A stretch of DNA of 63,168 nucleotides, filler included, from Folioceros fuciformis (GCA_049999805.1; 9 parts of 9 records of this genome joined end to end with filler, not necessarily neighbours in it), one strand, 5' to 3'; counted from the whole stretch's first letter, positions 48,121 to 61,424 are shown. Numbers and translations are program-made. The notes: generated by a model from the sequence alone, not told the origin.

Positions 48121-51100
48121 NNNNNNNNNNNNNNNNNNNNNNNNNNNNNNNNNNNNNNNNNNNNTTAATTAATTAANNNNNNNNNNNNNNNNNNNNNNNN
48201 NNNNNNNNNNNNNNNNNNNNGACATACCCAGATACCCGTTCCTATGTTCAAACCATTATTTTATTATTTTATTATTTTATTATTATATTATTTAATCATT
48301 CAATATTATATATATTTAATTAATATTAAACTAATCACCCAACCCTATGGCCTGGTACCGAACCTAAACCTTCCCAGGTCTGGGACCAGACCTATACCCA
48401 CTCCTACAACCAAACCAACTATTTCCTGGTCAATTAACCTAATTAGCACAAAGAGAAATAGGAAAAATGACCATAAAATAAAGGAAAATTAGAAAAAATA
48501 AGTTGAAAAAGAAAACCATACCATACCACTATTAACCCTTTTTCAACCAAAACAAACTACTACCCCAAACTTTGGAGGTTCACAAGGGAGCACACACCTA
48601 CTGTGGTGTGAGAAGGAGTTCACTCCATCACTTATGTAAGTGCATCGTAGGAAAGACAGCCACCATCACTCAATGATATAGATTTCGAGAAGAGATCTAC
48701 ACAATGATATAGATTTCGAGAAGAGATCTACACTAATAGTGGGAGATTTGTGACCACTACACACCAAGCTCCAGGATTTCATGGGTCTTGTGACCACAAG
48801 TGCTTCCAAGGATAAACTTGGGGATCGCATCTCCAACAAGGGCTATAGAGAATGTTTGTGGAGCTTTCGACAAAGGAGCAAGTGTGTGAAAAGCCTACAA
48901 TGAGCTGAGAGGATGGTTGAGAGACGAACTCACTATCAACGGTACTCAAAACAAGTTGATGTACTGATTGTGTTCGTAGCTTTTAGATAAATATGACCAA
49001 TGTAGAAAAGTGCTCACACAAAAAAAATTTGGCGAAGCAAGTATAAGGACTTGCCTTGGGCATAGACAACCAACTATGAGGAGGGCATATCGGAAATTAG
49101 AAAACCACCTATCCTTTCATCACTATTTAATCACTTGGCCTTATACACTTTTGTATCCTATGGACTAGCAAAGTTTCTTAGAGGCATGAAAGGCTTAAAA
49201 CATTGGTTTGCTCATTTTCATGCTTATCAAGCAGGCACGGATATGTTGGGGTCATCTCATTAATTTCATGCTCGTACGTAGTTTCTGAGGACAAGCAAGC
49301 TAGAGCGGACCAACAAGACCATTGAACAATGTCACACATGCCTATCAGAAATACATATAGGTGTGCAATGCTCAGGTAGTGGTATCGAAGCTCAATATAA
49401 ATTGAGAACTAAAGAGTGATGAAGAAGGAGCTCTACTACAATTAGCCAAGTCTACACTTGACTATCTACATGATCCCCAATTCAAGGATGAAGAAAGTGA
49501 TGCACACAAGGCACAAGTGCAACCTAATCATAGTTATGTTTTGAGTGTTTTCTAGAAGCAATAGCTTGGCAATTGGTAAATTGTTTTGTATGTTAAACTT
49601 GGATATGTGCTCTTGATAATGCTCACTACTCAACAATGCTCCAATTGTTGACAAGAAGGGTTATTTTGGATGTTAGGGCTACGTGGAGTAGTATACTTGC
49701 ATGATGGTGGCTAGTTGGTAAGTGCATAACATTTAGGATAAACGATGAAATAATTTGGTTACAAAAGCAATGACCACTATGCAGCCAACACGACACGAAA
49801 ATTGTCATAGCATGTAAAGAAACATGCCCATGGCCTGCATGAAACATGACATCAGCATACCGAATAGATCACATACATGCATTGAGAAAAGTAAAGTTGA
49901 GACCCCTACGTCATGATAGGTGAGGTTACCGTAAGGAGATATCGGTTAGTAGGAGTTTGTGGAGATATGGTGGGTAGTCATTAAAGGTAAGATGAGGCGT
50001 GGGTGATAAAAGGGAAGAAGATCACCGTAGAGTCCACCTTAGGGCGGGTTCAAACTTCCACACTACATTATGAGGCTTCCACACTAGCCACTACATTATC
50101 TCCTCACCAAGAGCATGACTGCCACCTAAGTCGAAGAATAAGTTGAGAACCCCTAGAAGAACATATGGAGAATGACACCCAAAGAAGTTGTGTGTTAACA
50201 CAGCTCAAGCTCGGCGATGATGTCCAACATTTGACAAAGCCACTTACAAGCCCATTGTCTTAGCTTTTTCTAAGAATTTTAACTAGCAAAATTCCATGCC
50301 TGTCACTAACTAGTATTTTCAAGCTTTCATAACCAACAAGCTAAACACATATGCCATATGCCACATGTGAGGAGATAATGTAGCGGCTGGTGTGGAAGAG
50401 GCTAGTGTGGAAGTGTGCAAATTCAAGCTCTCCATTAGCTTGCTTGCTTTCGCCATCCTTGTTGAGAAGTTTGGATAGAGCTTATTTGGATGTTGTCTTC
50501 CACTAGCTTCCATGACTCTCCTGCCTCTCTATGCTATTTAGAGAGCAATTAGAACCAACAAGCTCCAAAGTAGCCCATGGTGAGTGGGGCCTTGTGCATG
50601 CAATTGAGCAAGTTGCAAACACTAGACAATTGTAGATAAGAAAGAGAGTGTAAATGGAATGAGTGAGCTCGACGACGCAAGAAGGAAGGCAAGGTGTTAG
50701 CAATGCCCCAAACTACTGACACCCTTTCATATTTGCATAAGTTGAATGTGCTTACCGCCACCTGTTTATATTTGCATAAGTTGAATGTTTACTGCCACCT
50801 CAAATTGTGCCTCCAGTGAGTATCAATTTCTCATTGGTACTCCATCATAGTTACTTTGGGTTAGTCCTTCCCTACTCCACACTTAAAACTGTGATGGTCT
50901 ACCCAGCTCCTTATCCTGGATCGTCCAACTCCTTATTCCGGTGTATCCCACTTCACATCGAAGTCGGCCCATCTATTTGGCTTAATCCACCTTATTTTTT
51001 GCCCCCTTATCCCGTACTTTTACACCACCAAATCCGTGCCGGAAGCACAAAAAAGAAAAGAAAAAGAAAAGCTGACTTGTAAAGGTGGTCCCATCTGTCC

Positions 51101-51814
51101 GACACTAACTCTCATTGTTAAACCGATCCTAAAAGAAATCAAAGTTGGCAAGAAAAAACCTACTACCACACATAACTGAAGATGCTGTCTGCACGGCAGA
51201 CGCACCGAATTTAAATGCAGGTGGGCGAGGGAGACTTTTTCTTCTAGGTACAGTAGTTTTCGGTTCATATTTTATCCGGATGTTTTTCGGTTGTTAAATT
51301 CTGTTCGGGCCCCTCGGGGTGTTCCGCTGGAAATGAATACCGTTTCCGCCGTCGTTTTTTTTAGTCCCACGATTGGGTTGCCTGGTTGAATGACGGAAGG
51401 ATCCGGAGATGGCTCGGTAACCAGGCGGGGCTGCGAGGTTAGGTGAGTGTAACCTAGGCTGCGACATGGGCACAGGCGCGGCGGTTACGCGAGGTTTCGC
51501 CGAGGCAGGTGGCTCGGACCGGGCCGGAGTTGGAGGTCCTGTGGCCTACAGACTCTCTCTCAGGCTTTTCTTTGCCTCGTGGCCCAGCGAGCAAGTGAGC
51601 AAGCGTCAAGGGTTTGAGCCAAGGGAATGCCCCGCGACGCAACCGGACGCGAGCAGACGAGGCGAGTGCCGATCGCTGACGGCGAAGAGTTGTAGTCGGC
51701 GCTCATATGAGGACNNNNNNNNNNNNNNNNNNNNNNNNNNNNNNNNNNNNNNNNNNNNTTAATTAATTAANNNNNNNNNNNNNNNNNNNNNNNNNNNNNN
51801 NNNNNNNNNNNNNN

Positions 51815-53764
51815 TGCAGGAACAAGTTCCTCCACTTGTAGACGAGGAGAGAGTGCAACCAGCTCAGGTCGAGGCGCCAGTGTTTCGTAGGTCAGGAAGG
51901 ATCTCACGTCCTCCTGACAGGTATGTTGCATCTCTTGATTATGTCATGCTGACGGATTGTGGGGAGCCCTCTCGTTACCAAGAGACTATGTCAGTGACTG
52001 ACAAAAACAAGTGGGAGAAGGCGATGCAGTCGCAGATGGATTTGCTCCATAAGAACCAAACTTGGGAGTTGGTTCGGTTGCCTAAGGGCAAGAAGGCGTT
52101 GCCATGCAAATAGGTGTATAAGATGAAGGACATACCCTATTATGGCAAACCCAAGTACAAGGCACGATTGGTTGCTAAAGGTTTTAAGCAACAGCAAGGT
52201 ATTGACTTTGATGAGATTTTCTCACCAGTTGTCAAAATGACTACCTTGAGATGTGTTCTTGGTCTGTTTGCGAGGAACGACAGGAACTTGTCCAGATGGA
52301 TGTGAAGTCGGCATTTCTGCATGATGATCTCCAGGAAGAGGTATACATGCAGCAACTAGAGGGTTTCATTGAGAAGGGCAAAGAGAGTCTGGTATGCAAG
52401 TTAAAGAAGAGCCTTTATGGTTTGAAGCAGGCACCCAGGGAGTGGTATTTCAAGTTCCACTCATTTATGCTTTCTCAAGGCTACAAGCGTAGCGATATGG
52501 ATCATTGCCTCTATACGAAGCAAGCTAAGGATGGAAGCTTGCTCATTCTAGTCCTCTATGTGGATGATATGCTAATTGCTGGGACTAACAGTGATGAGAT
52601 TTCAGCGTTGCAGTCAAAGTTGAATGGTCGCTTTGACATGACAGACTTGGGCGAGGCAAGCCATATTCTTGGCATGCGTATTCGTCGAGACAGACAGAAG
52701 CGTTTGATGTACTTGTCTCAGACAAAATACATTAACAAGGTGCTTCAACGTTTCAATATGGAGAAGGGGAAGGTCTTAAGTACTCTGTTGCCTCCATATG
52801 TGAAACTTTCGAGCAAGGATTGCCCAAGTTCTGCATAGGATAAAGCTGAAATGGAGAAGGTTCCATACTCATCAGCTGTAGGGAGTTTGATGTATGCAAT
52901 GATTGCTACACGTCCTGACATTGCTTTTGCAGTGGGAGTGGTTAGCAGGTTCATGTCAAACCCTGGCAGGAAGCATTGGGAGGCAGTGAAAGGAGTTATG
53001 AGGTATTTGAATGGTAGAAAAGCTTTGTGCTTATGTTTTGGTAGTGAAGATGCATTTGTAGTGGGATATACGGATGCTGATTATGCAGGGGATATGGACA
53101 AAAGGAGGTCCACATCAGGTTATGTCTTCATGTGCACTGGAGGGGCAGTCTCATGGCGATCTCGTTTGCAATCGTGCATAACGCTATCTACCACAGAGGC
53201 TGAGTATGTTGCAGCGACTGAGGCTTGCAAGGAAGCCATGTGGCTTGCTCGTTTAGTGGGAGATTTGGGGATCAAGGGTGAGCTGCCAGTGTTGCATTGT
53301 GATAGGCAGAGTGCTATCCAGTTGGCGAAGAATCCAGTGTTTCATACGTAGACCAAACATGTGGAAGTGAAGTATCACTTCATTCGAGAGGTGTTGGAAG
53401 ACAAGAGGGTACAGCTTGTCAAAGTTCACACCAGTCAGAACCCTGCAGATGTTCTTACCAAGGGGCTCTCTACGGAGCAATTCGCACAAGCTCGGACACT
53501 CATGGGCATGAGCTAGACCACTGTCTTATGAAGGTAAATTGGCCTTTAAGTGGGAGGTTGTAGGGTTATTAAAGCCCAATGTGCTTAGGCTAATGTGTTT
53601 AGTCTAAGATTAGTGTCTAGTTAATGTGCTTAGACTAATGTGTTTAGTCTAAGATTAGTGTCTAGTTAAGTATCATTAGTTTAGATTAGCTTAAGCTAAT
53701 CTGTAGGAAGCTTCCTGTGAGCTTCTTGTGAAGCTTCCTAGGGAGCTCTTCTAGAGGGTATAAA
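51815..53764 (+). mobile_element. Ty1/Copia LTR retrotransposon 3' part: RT-RNaseH, PPT, 3' LTR start; disrupted
   Basis: [87 protein letters not shown]. In-frame TAGs and one frameshift. PPT AAGTGGGAGGT at 53548-53558, then TGTAGGG at 53559. Confidence 0.95.
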
Positions 53765-53925
53765 NNNNNNNNNNNNNNNNNNNNNNNNNNNNNNNNNNNN
53801 NNNNNNNNTTAATTAATTAANNNNNNNNNNNNNNNNNNNNNNNNNNNNNNNNNNNNNNNNNNNNTTAGCACGAGATTTGTGGACCTTGACGACATTGGGT
53901 GTACAAACCGGGTGTGTGAATGCAG

Positions 53926-54128
53926 GGAGTTTGTGGTGCGAGGCGTTTCCACAACACATCAATTTTGGACATTGTTCAAAAATTGTAGCACACGAAGGTA
54001 CATGGGCGCTGTGGAAGGGCTTGAGACCACGTGTGATGTTCCACACCCCTGCCGCAGCCATCTGTTGGTCTACCTACGAGGCTAGCAAGGACCTTCTCCA
54101 GCACTGGAACAAGAAGCAGGGCCATTAG
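53926..54128 (+). CDS. Mitoferrin-like mitochondrial carrier, terminal exon only (apparent 1-nt frameshift)
   Basis: After TGCAG: GVCGARRFHNTSILDIVQK, then a frame shift to IVAHEGTWALWKGLRPRVMFHTPAAAICWSTYEASK, matching the recalled plant mitoferrin C-terminus. Confidence 0.8.
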
Positions 54129-55511
54129 CGTATGGCCTCTGGACGGATTACATTGTGGGTACCTTGTTAATCACCGTGGAGGTAGGAGGTGAGACGATTT
54201 GGAAGTGGTAGACATCAGGCTCGTGTGGTGGGATGAGGGGTCCATTCCTGTGGTGGTAGGATGGCCTCATTCTATGGTTCAAGAGCAATTGTTGATGCCA
54301 CAGCCAAGCATGTGAATATCTCTCCATGGCGTGATTTGTCGAGGAAACTTCCACCATTCTCTTAGAAACTTCCACCACACACTCTTTTGCTTTGTGGATG
54401 ATAACTCTTCCAAAGCTCCACTAATAACAAATAACAAATAACAAAACTACAATGAAAATAGAAGTTGATGACAAGCCATTATGACATGCAAGGGGTGTAT
54501 GATCCCAAGATAACAAGTCATTATCACATGCAACGAGCATATGATCCCAAGACATGTACAGTAACAACATGGTTAAAAAAAACAGTAATAATTGATCCAT
54601 TAATATATAAAAATATACACAAATTCCAAAAATCCTCTCACAAAGATAGAAGATAAAGACACATCATACAAGGGGCAAAGAGAGACACATATCACACCAA
54701 GCAGAAAGCGAAACAACAAATGAGTGCATGGCCTCTGGACAAGGGAACTATATAGTAATTATTAATTACCAACTTTGGACTCGGCCCGTGTCATACACCG
54801 ACTCAGCCGTCGCCCTGCTGACACTGAACTAAGGCCACAATTTTCTTCATAGCGCCTTTTGCCTTGAAGGACACTGTGAGCCATAGTTTTTGGCAATTTC
54901 CCTAACTGGGAATTTGCACAATTCATGGTGTCATTTTGATCCCTTTGCAAGCTCAGTCCCAATTCCCATATGTGTTAAAATAATCCTAGGACAAGAGGTT
55001 AAAAAAGGTTTGGTTTAAAAATAGTAAATTATTTAATTTAATATCCAAGGATTTATAATTATTATGAACATGTAATTAGTATGGTCATAAAGACACTTAC
55101 CTCATGGATTCATGGGCTAGGTCTTGCGATTTAAGTTCAAAAAAAGTCCTAACAAATATGTTTTAGTTGTTGTTGATGCATTGAATAATAAGTTTCCTAA
55201 TCTTTGTATGCTGCATGTTTGTCATCTATTCTATCCTAAATTGTATCCTACATGCTGGTCATCTATTTAGTCCTAAATTGTATTCTAAAGATGGACATGA
55301 GCGTATTTGGTTACTTAATAGTTTGTTAAAAGTATTGTTAAAATTTTTTGGAACTAAGTCTTTAGGTGTAAATATTAAGGTTTTCGACCCTTTTGTAGTT
55401 GATGAGGTGTATTGAGCTGAGTTGCTTACATTTATGTCGATCTTGAAATTCTTGTGTTGAATTGACAAAATATATTTAACAATTTAGGAGTAGGAAGCAC
55501 GAACACCCTTT

Positions 55512-55720
55512 ATGTTACGTCCTTGGGAATTATGTCTAGTCATACCTTGTAGTACTATTATGCTACATGTGAGCGGGAGATTTTCTAAAAAATTAGTGAT
55601 GAATATTATGAGAACTAATCTTCAAATTCTGACCTTGGATGAATTGATAAGTATATCCATAAATGGTCCGCGTGTTAAGGTAGTAGATCCATAAATGGTC
55701 CGCGTGTTAAGGTAGTAGAT
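55512..55720 (+). mobile_element. hAT transposase remnant (C-terminal dimerisation region)
   Basis: WELCLVIPCST...RFSK...MRTNLQILTLDELISISINGP resembles the hAT P.S....ER.FS....R..L....L..L motif. Followed by a short tandem duplication. Confidence 0.55.
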
Positions 55721-55906
55721 CGGACTGGTATTTTTAGAGCTCAGAAAGACCAAGCCCTGACAATAGAATATACTACATATTTTATATTTTTATATTATTC
55801 ACTTAATATATATTGTATTTAGTGACCAAGGGTCACAGAAAGGTATTGTCCCTCCTCGGTCCAGGACCAAGGGTGTGCAGGCTAGGCGGTCCTAGGGACT
55901 AAGATA

Positions 55907-57152
55907 TAGTCGACCCTCCCCGAATCTCACATGTTGGGAGTAGGGTTTAGGATAACATTTACGAAATCTAGCACTTAGAGAATTCATTTAGTCTTATCTT
56001 GAGAATAAAATATTTAAATTTTATTTAATTATATTCATGTACCATGATATACATATTTAGTTTCCTATTTTTAATATATAATTAAAAATAATATAAGTTC
56101 AAGTAAATTCATATTAATCTTATAAATAGTTTAATAATATCTTCTGAGTATTATAATAGTAGAGTTGGATTGTAGTTATTGGGAGCACTTATTTTCCTAA
56201 AACAAGTAACATATAGTGTTTATAAAAAAAAAAATATTTAACCTTATTCCTGATTTTGAAGAGCATTCAAAGACATAACATTTATAAAGTTATAATATCT
56301 ATAGAGTACACAAATTCGGTCATACTAACATTTGTAGAGGTATAATATTTATGAAGGTCATAATCTCGGTCAAAATGACATGCAGTCGACCCTTTCTAAA
56401 ATATGACCTCCCTAAATGTTATACCTCTATAGATGTTATGGGTTTGAGTACACCCTAGTTGGGAAGTAAGGTTAAATGTTATTTTTTTGTAAATGTTATA
56501 TTATATGTTACTTGTTACTTATTATTACTATTAATTTTTAACTTGGACGCTTGAGATGGGCATGCAGAGAAAAGGAAAGGAGCATGAAAGGCAGGAGGGA
56601 GGAAGGAGAGAGCAAGGTAGGAGGGAGGAAGAAAGAGAGCAAGATAGGAGGGAGGAAGGAGAGCAAGGTAGGAGGGAAGAAGAAAGAGAGCAAGATAGGA
56701 GGGAGGAAGGAGAAAGATTGACCCCTACTATATTTGCATAAGAAATTATTGATTATGAGGCGACAAATGCATGTACATCTTTTTAATTTTGGATTGAGAT
56801 GATATATAGGCTTTTGTTCAACCTCCACCCCAAAAAGTTATAAAACAGGTTAGGTTCTCTTAGAAACACGTAGAAATAACCTGGTTTTCTAAGGCTAATT
56901 TCAAGTTCATTTCTTATTTTATTTATTATAAAGTTATATTAATAATTATAATTATAATACTTAGATTATGTATTTAATAAAATAGATAAATAGATATNNN
57001 NNNNNNNNNNNNNNNNNNNNNNNNNNNNNNNNNNNNNNNNNTTAATTAATTAANNNNNNNNNNNNNNNNNNNNNNNNNNNNNNNNNNNNNNNNNNNNTAA
57101 ATGTTACCCAATGCCCTACTCCCAACAGGTAACATTTAGGGAGGGTGGACTG
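55907..57152. mobile_element. Non-autonomous TIR element(s), Tc1/mariner-pogo-like MITE
   Basis: 55907-55961 (TAGTCGACCCTCC..GTTGGGAGTAGGG..TAACATTTA) is an imperfect inverted repeat of 57098-57152. TA flanks both ends. A second CAGTCGACCC end lies at 56383. The span crosses a linker. Confidence 0.6.
56590..56715. repeat. Purine-rich tandem repeat
   Basis: Repeated GAGAGCAAG(G/A)TAGGAGGGAGGAAG units. Confidence 0.85.
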
Positions 57153-59387
57153 TATTGAACATAGCATGTGTGTAAAAATCAGTCCACAACAATGCTATGG
57201 ATGAAAGTAATAATAAAATATAGCTGCGCAAGATGATGGCCAAACAAAAAAGAATATGCGCCAAGAAAGGTGGAGAGAGTTTATAAAGTTTGCCACCGTT
57301 CCCTTCTCTTCCGTTACCTTTTCCCTCTCATCTCAAAGGACGACAGGAGTGGAGTATTCTCTAAGCATGCGTCGGTGGCAAGAAGGAAGTCAGCCGCCCA
57401 CGTTTGTTCCTGTAAACTCAGAACGTTATGTAGCTAATCTCTTTCAAACTGGTGAATGAAGTGCTGTGCAGAACGACGTGACACAAGCAAGCTTTGTCCC
57501 TCGACATGTGATTCCAGACTTGCAGTGCTCCTACAGGACAATCTCATTGATCAAGATAGTCTCATGCCTGGCAGTTGGCGGAGTTGAGCACCTCGGGTGT
57601 CATTGCAGGCTCATCAAGACTTTGCTGGTATGCACCGTAACCGCACTCCTGGTCTTGGAACGAAAGCAGTCTAGGCGCTGCTGTGCGTGATTGATTGATT
57701 ACTTGCACACCACAGGGTTTTTACCTCTTCCAAGTGCAGTCTTGGGACAGAAAGTAGGTTCCACGAAAGCTTCACGGTCCGTGCTGGCAGGTAATCGAGA
57801 GGGAGTCCGGACTCCGCACCTCGGGACATACCTTGCCGACCGCTGCGCGCTGAATGGACGAAAGGTACAATGAAGCACAAGTGGCGGACAACGTTTCACT
57901 CTGGACAATCTTTGGGCCTCTCACCGGAGTAGGGTGATGTCACTCCGCCTGGCTGGGTGGCTGGCAAGGCAGGTACCCTGGAGGAGTGTGTGAGATCGAG
58001 GTCTGTCCTGGATGTGGAGCAGGGTGACGATCTCATGGCAGCAGGATGCAGAAACTGGCCACCAGATGATTGACAGTGTGCACGGTTCCTCGAAACCCTG
58101 TGGGTGTGCGCGGCGCCTTGTGTGCCAGAGAAAAACAGAGGAAGGAGAGGAGAGCTAGGCAAGGTTGCAGGTAGCAGGTATTGATGTATCTGCATTTGTG
58201 CGTGATGTACACACACATGTACACATCAGGATTCCATTACCGAGGCACGGAGGACAAGGATTTGATCCTCAGTACTGTACGTTTTACTGCCTTCTTGATG
58301 CCACAGAGACGTGGGCCGGGCCACATATGTACATACATACACTGTGTATGGATGTATGTATGTATGTAATATTTATGTCCCTACAGTCGGCTCTGTTGCG
58401 CGGCCGCTCTCTTTCTGTACACAACTTTACTCTTGCTGAGGTATCATGTCGGCTTCAGGTTCTGGACCCGTGCAGAGTACTAGAAGCGTGGGCCACTGAT
58501 GCATTTATGTTTTGGTGTCACAGTGTTAATGCGTGTGGCTGGGCTGGTACCGTAGCTTCTTCATGGAAACATGGTTGGAGAAGTGGAGGTGGCGGTCGGG
58601 TGAGGTTGCTGCCACGGCAGGCTAGGTGGAGCTTTCACCTGTAGCTGGCTCGGTACACTTTACTTCGCCCTTCTTTTTCATTCTTTCTATATGCGTTGTA
58701 CTGTACAGCAAAGGGAACAGGTCTGCCTCTCCTTTTTGTTCAAAATTTGCCCAAAGCAAGGTACAAAGGTCACGCAGAAACACAAAACGGCTAGGCCAGC
58801 CGCGACTGCGACTGCGAGCGCGGGCTCGGGCGGGCTCACCACAAGACAAGCTAGCCGGCTTGCGTTTTTCAGCTGTGGGACATAGGGCATTCAAATTGCA
58901 ACATCCTGTATATGTACATCCTGGAAAGGAAAAGCCAGCATCGAACTCGAAAATTGATGAGCCCAGTCTCCAGATCTCAACATGATAGCCAGTCCTCCAG
59001 TGCTGCTCTGCTCTGCACTACACTTCAGACCTAGAAAAGTACAGCGTGTGTAAGTAAGTACCTACGTACATATATATCTGCTGATGAGCAATTAAATCAT
59101 TCAACAGCGAAAGGTTCGCGGCGAGTATCATGGGCCGCTACCCCTTGCAACGTCGGCTCCAAGAATTGCAACAGCAGTTATGACGGGTACTAAGGTGAGC
59201 CTAACACAATCGTGGATGGCGATCTATGCAACAACCAGGCAATTCCCTCCGCCGGGGTTTGGACTTGGATTGCTCATATCATGGCAAAGACCATGTCCTC
59301 AAGCCTTCTTGAATACTACCTGCATGTGCATCTGACGTGCGTGTGGATTGTCGTGAACTCCCATGTCTTGTATGTATGTACGCACTT

Positions 59388-61424
59388 TCATGAACCCACT
59401 CGCATGCGAGACATTCCACGAAAGGCTTGATAGTTCTTCACCGAGGAACAACCGAGACAGCTCAAGATTCCTGTCCTATTTGGAAGGAGAGCCTTCAGTC
59501 TCCCCACGCTCTCTTCCCTGTCACAGGGCTGTTCCGTCTTGTAACGCCTGTACAGAGGAAAGTGCTCAGGGGCTGAAGTGTCAGCCGGTGATGAATCCGC
59601 CTGACTCGCTTGGTTCTTAGCCAACAAAGCTTTCTTGAGACCTGGAGAAGCACTGGCATTGCTGAACCTCCCTGGCTTCACATCCTGAGGGCAGTAAGGC
59701 AACGCCCCATCCACAAGCTCTGCACCAACTGAACTGTTGCTTCCGGAGTTGGATGATGAAAAACTGCCGAAGCTGCCTCTACCACCCCCAATGCTGCCAG
59801 AGCTGCTATTGCTTGCTGGTGAATCTGTCTGTCGGGACCCTGCTACACCATCACGGGGTTCCTCAAGGAGCTCATCCAGGGAGAGCCCTTTCAGACCAGT
59901 CCAGGCCACGTTATTGCTGCCCACTAACTTCTTGGGCACTCCAGCGATAGCACGTCCATTATACTCGCGTTCCCTATCCTCAAGAGGCCAACTCGCATGG
60001 CTGTCGAAGGAAAAGGCGTCCTTTTCCTCCACAGAAGCCCGCTTCGGCTTGGGCTTGTCCTTGTCTGCACGTCTGAACATCCTCAAAGGGGACAGAGACC
60101 TCACCCGTCGGTGGGCTGGAGGAAGTGCAGCCGGACTACCCGTTCCCGCCTCTTCCTTGAAGAGCTTTTTCCCTTTGCGAGCGCCCTGCTCTTCCTTGCC
60201 GCTCCTCAGGCCGAAAAAGAAGCCGCTGCCGCTACCACTTCCTTTCTCCTTGGAAAAGGATTTCCCCTTCCTGTGCATCGGAGTTCCAGGCACACAGGCT
60301 CTGCCACCTACCAGGGAGCAATCTGCAGAGGCGAGATTGCTCTCTCCACACCGAGTATCCAAGCCATCAACCGAGCTTACCGGACCCGAATCAGCGAATA
60401 CTCTGCTAAACTGTTCGGAAGACGAAGAGAAAAAGACATCAGAGACACTCTCTTTCGCAGAGCTGAAGCCCGTGCCTGTGGATCCAGGCGTCAATTGTCC
60501 ACTCATCAAGTGCACATCCGAGTAGCTGAGCCTCGGTTCGTCCCCGCCTAATGCACTCAGAGAGGTAGCACGTCGCCCAGTCCGGTTGGAGAGGCCACAC
60601 AACGCCAGAAGCTTCTGGGCCGGCGACGCAGAAGCTGATCTCGAAACCCGGCCGCTTATCATAGTGAGCCCCACTGCCTGGCCCAGCGACGTTGGCGTAG
60701 CTGGTGTGGGGCTCCTAAACGAAAAAAAAAAAAAACGGAAGCTGCCCATATCATCCCCCGCTTCCGTGAGAATCAACGATTCCGAAGTCGGGGACCTAGA
60801 ATGCTGCTTGCTGATCACCAGCTGAGACTGCAACCGAGGAGGAAGCTTGAGTGGCAGGATTTGACCCTGGTGGATCAGCTGATCGGCCGCAGCAACCAAA
60901 ACACCTTCTCCCCCACCATTGCGGGCAAGGGCACCTCCTCCGGCCGTGTGCGCCTGAAATATGGAATTGGAGAAATCAAACTCCGCCTCCTCTGCCTCGC
61001 ATGTCTCCGCCGATTCGTGCAGAGGGCTCAACGGTCCAACCCGCGGACTGTCCTTTTCCTTGCTTACACCCGGAGCGCAAACCTCCTCCCCCTGCTGCTC
61101 CTGCACACCTTCCCAGGGGAGCATGAGCGGAACCAGCGGCGACTTAGGCGTGCCAGGCTTCTCCTCCCACTTGAAAGGCACCGCACCTTCGAGGTGACAA
61201 GGAGGCAGCAAGCTCTCGGTGACGGCAGAATTGCCGTCAACGTCGTCCATGGAGCGCAGAAACTTCACAGGACTGGACGGGGCACTAAAAAACGGCGGTG
61301 TTGCCCCCGCCCCGAGGTGCTCCTTCTCATGCTTGAAGGAAAAGGAAAAAGCTCGAATCCGCTTAGGAGAAAGCTCAGGCGCCCCAGTCCGCCCAGGCGG
61401 CGCAGCCGTCTGCTCTATCCCCAT
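59388..61424 (-). CDS. Intronless DUF1645/DUF688-motif plant protein, largely low-complexity (678 aa from the likely Met)
   Basis: FFSAPSSP, AVPFKWEEKPGTPKS, EFDF, AADQLIHQGQILPLKLPPRLQ, RVRSLSPLR, C-terminal LLPNRTGILSCLG. The frame is open from 61787, but the likelier start is MGIEQ at 61424. Confidence 0.8.
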   Translation of the reverse strand: MGIEQTAAPPGRTGAPELSPKRIRAFSFSFKHEKEHLGAGATPPFFSAPSSPVKFLRSMDDVDGNSAVTESLLPPCHLEGAVPFKWEEKPGTPKSPLVPLMLPWEGVQEQQGEEVCAPGVSKEKDSPRVGPLSPLHESAETCEAEEAEFDFSNSIFQAHTAGGGALARNGGGEGVLVAAADQLIHQGQILPLKLPPRLQSQLVISKQHSRSPTSESLILTEAGDDMGSFRFFFFSFRSPTPATPTSLGQAVGLTMISGRVSRSASASPAQKLLALCGLSNRTGRRATSLSALGGDEPRLSYSDVHLMSGQLTPGSTGTGFSSAKESVSDVFFSSSSEQFSRVFADSGPVSSVDGLDTRCGESNLASADCSLVGGRACVPGTPMHRKGKSFSKEKGSGSGSGFFFGLRSGKEEQGARKGKKLFKEEAGTGSPAALPPAHRRVRSLSPLRMFRRADKDKPKPKRASVEEKDAFSFDSHASWPLEDREREYNGRAIAGVPKKLVGSNNVAWTGLKGLSLDELLEEPRDGVAGSRQTDSPASNSSSGSIGGGRGSFGSFSSSNSGSNSSVGAELVDGALPYCPQDVKPGRFSNASASPGLKKALLAKNQASQADSSPADTSAPEHFPLYRRYKTEQPCDREESVGRLKALLPNRTGILSCLGCSSVKNYQAFRGMSRMRVGS

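Noticed and set aside
48600-50300. Possible decayed retroelement coding sequence
   Set aside because: I could not recover any diagnostic RT, integrase or transposase motif.
57400-59300. miRNA, TAS3 or small-peptide locus
   Set aside because: No match by eye to conserved plant miRNAs or miR390 sites, and the short ORFs lack recognisable peptide motifs.
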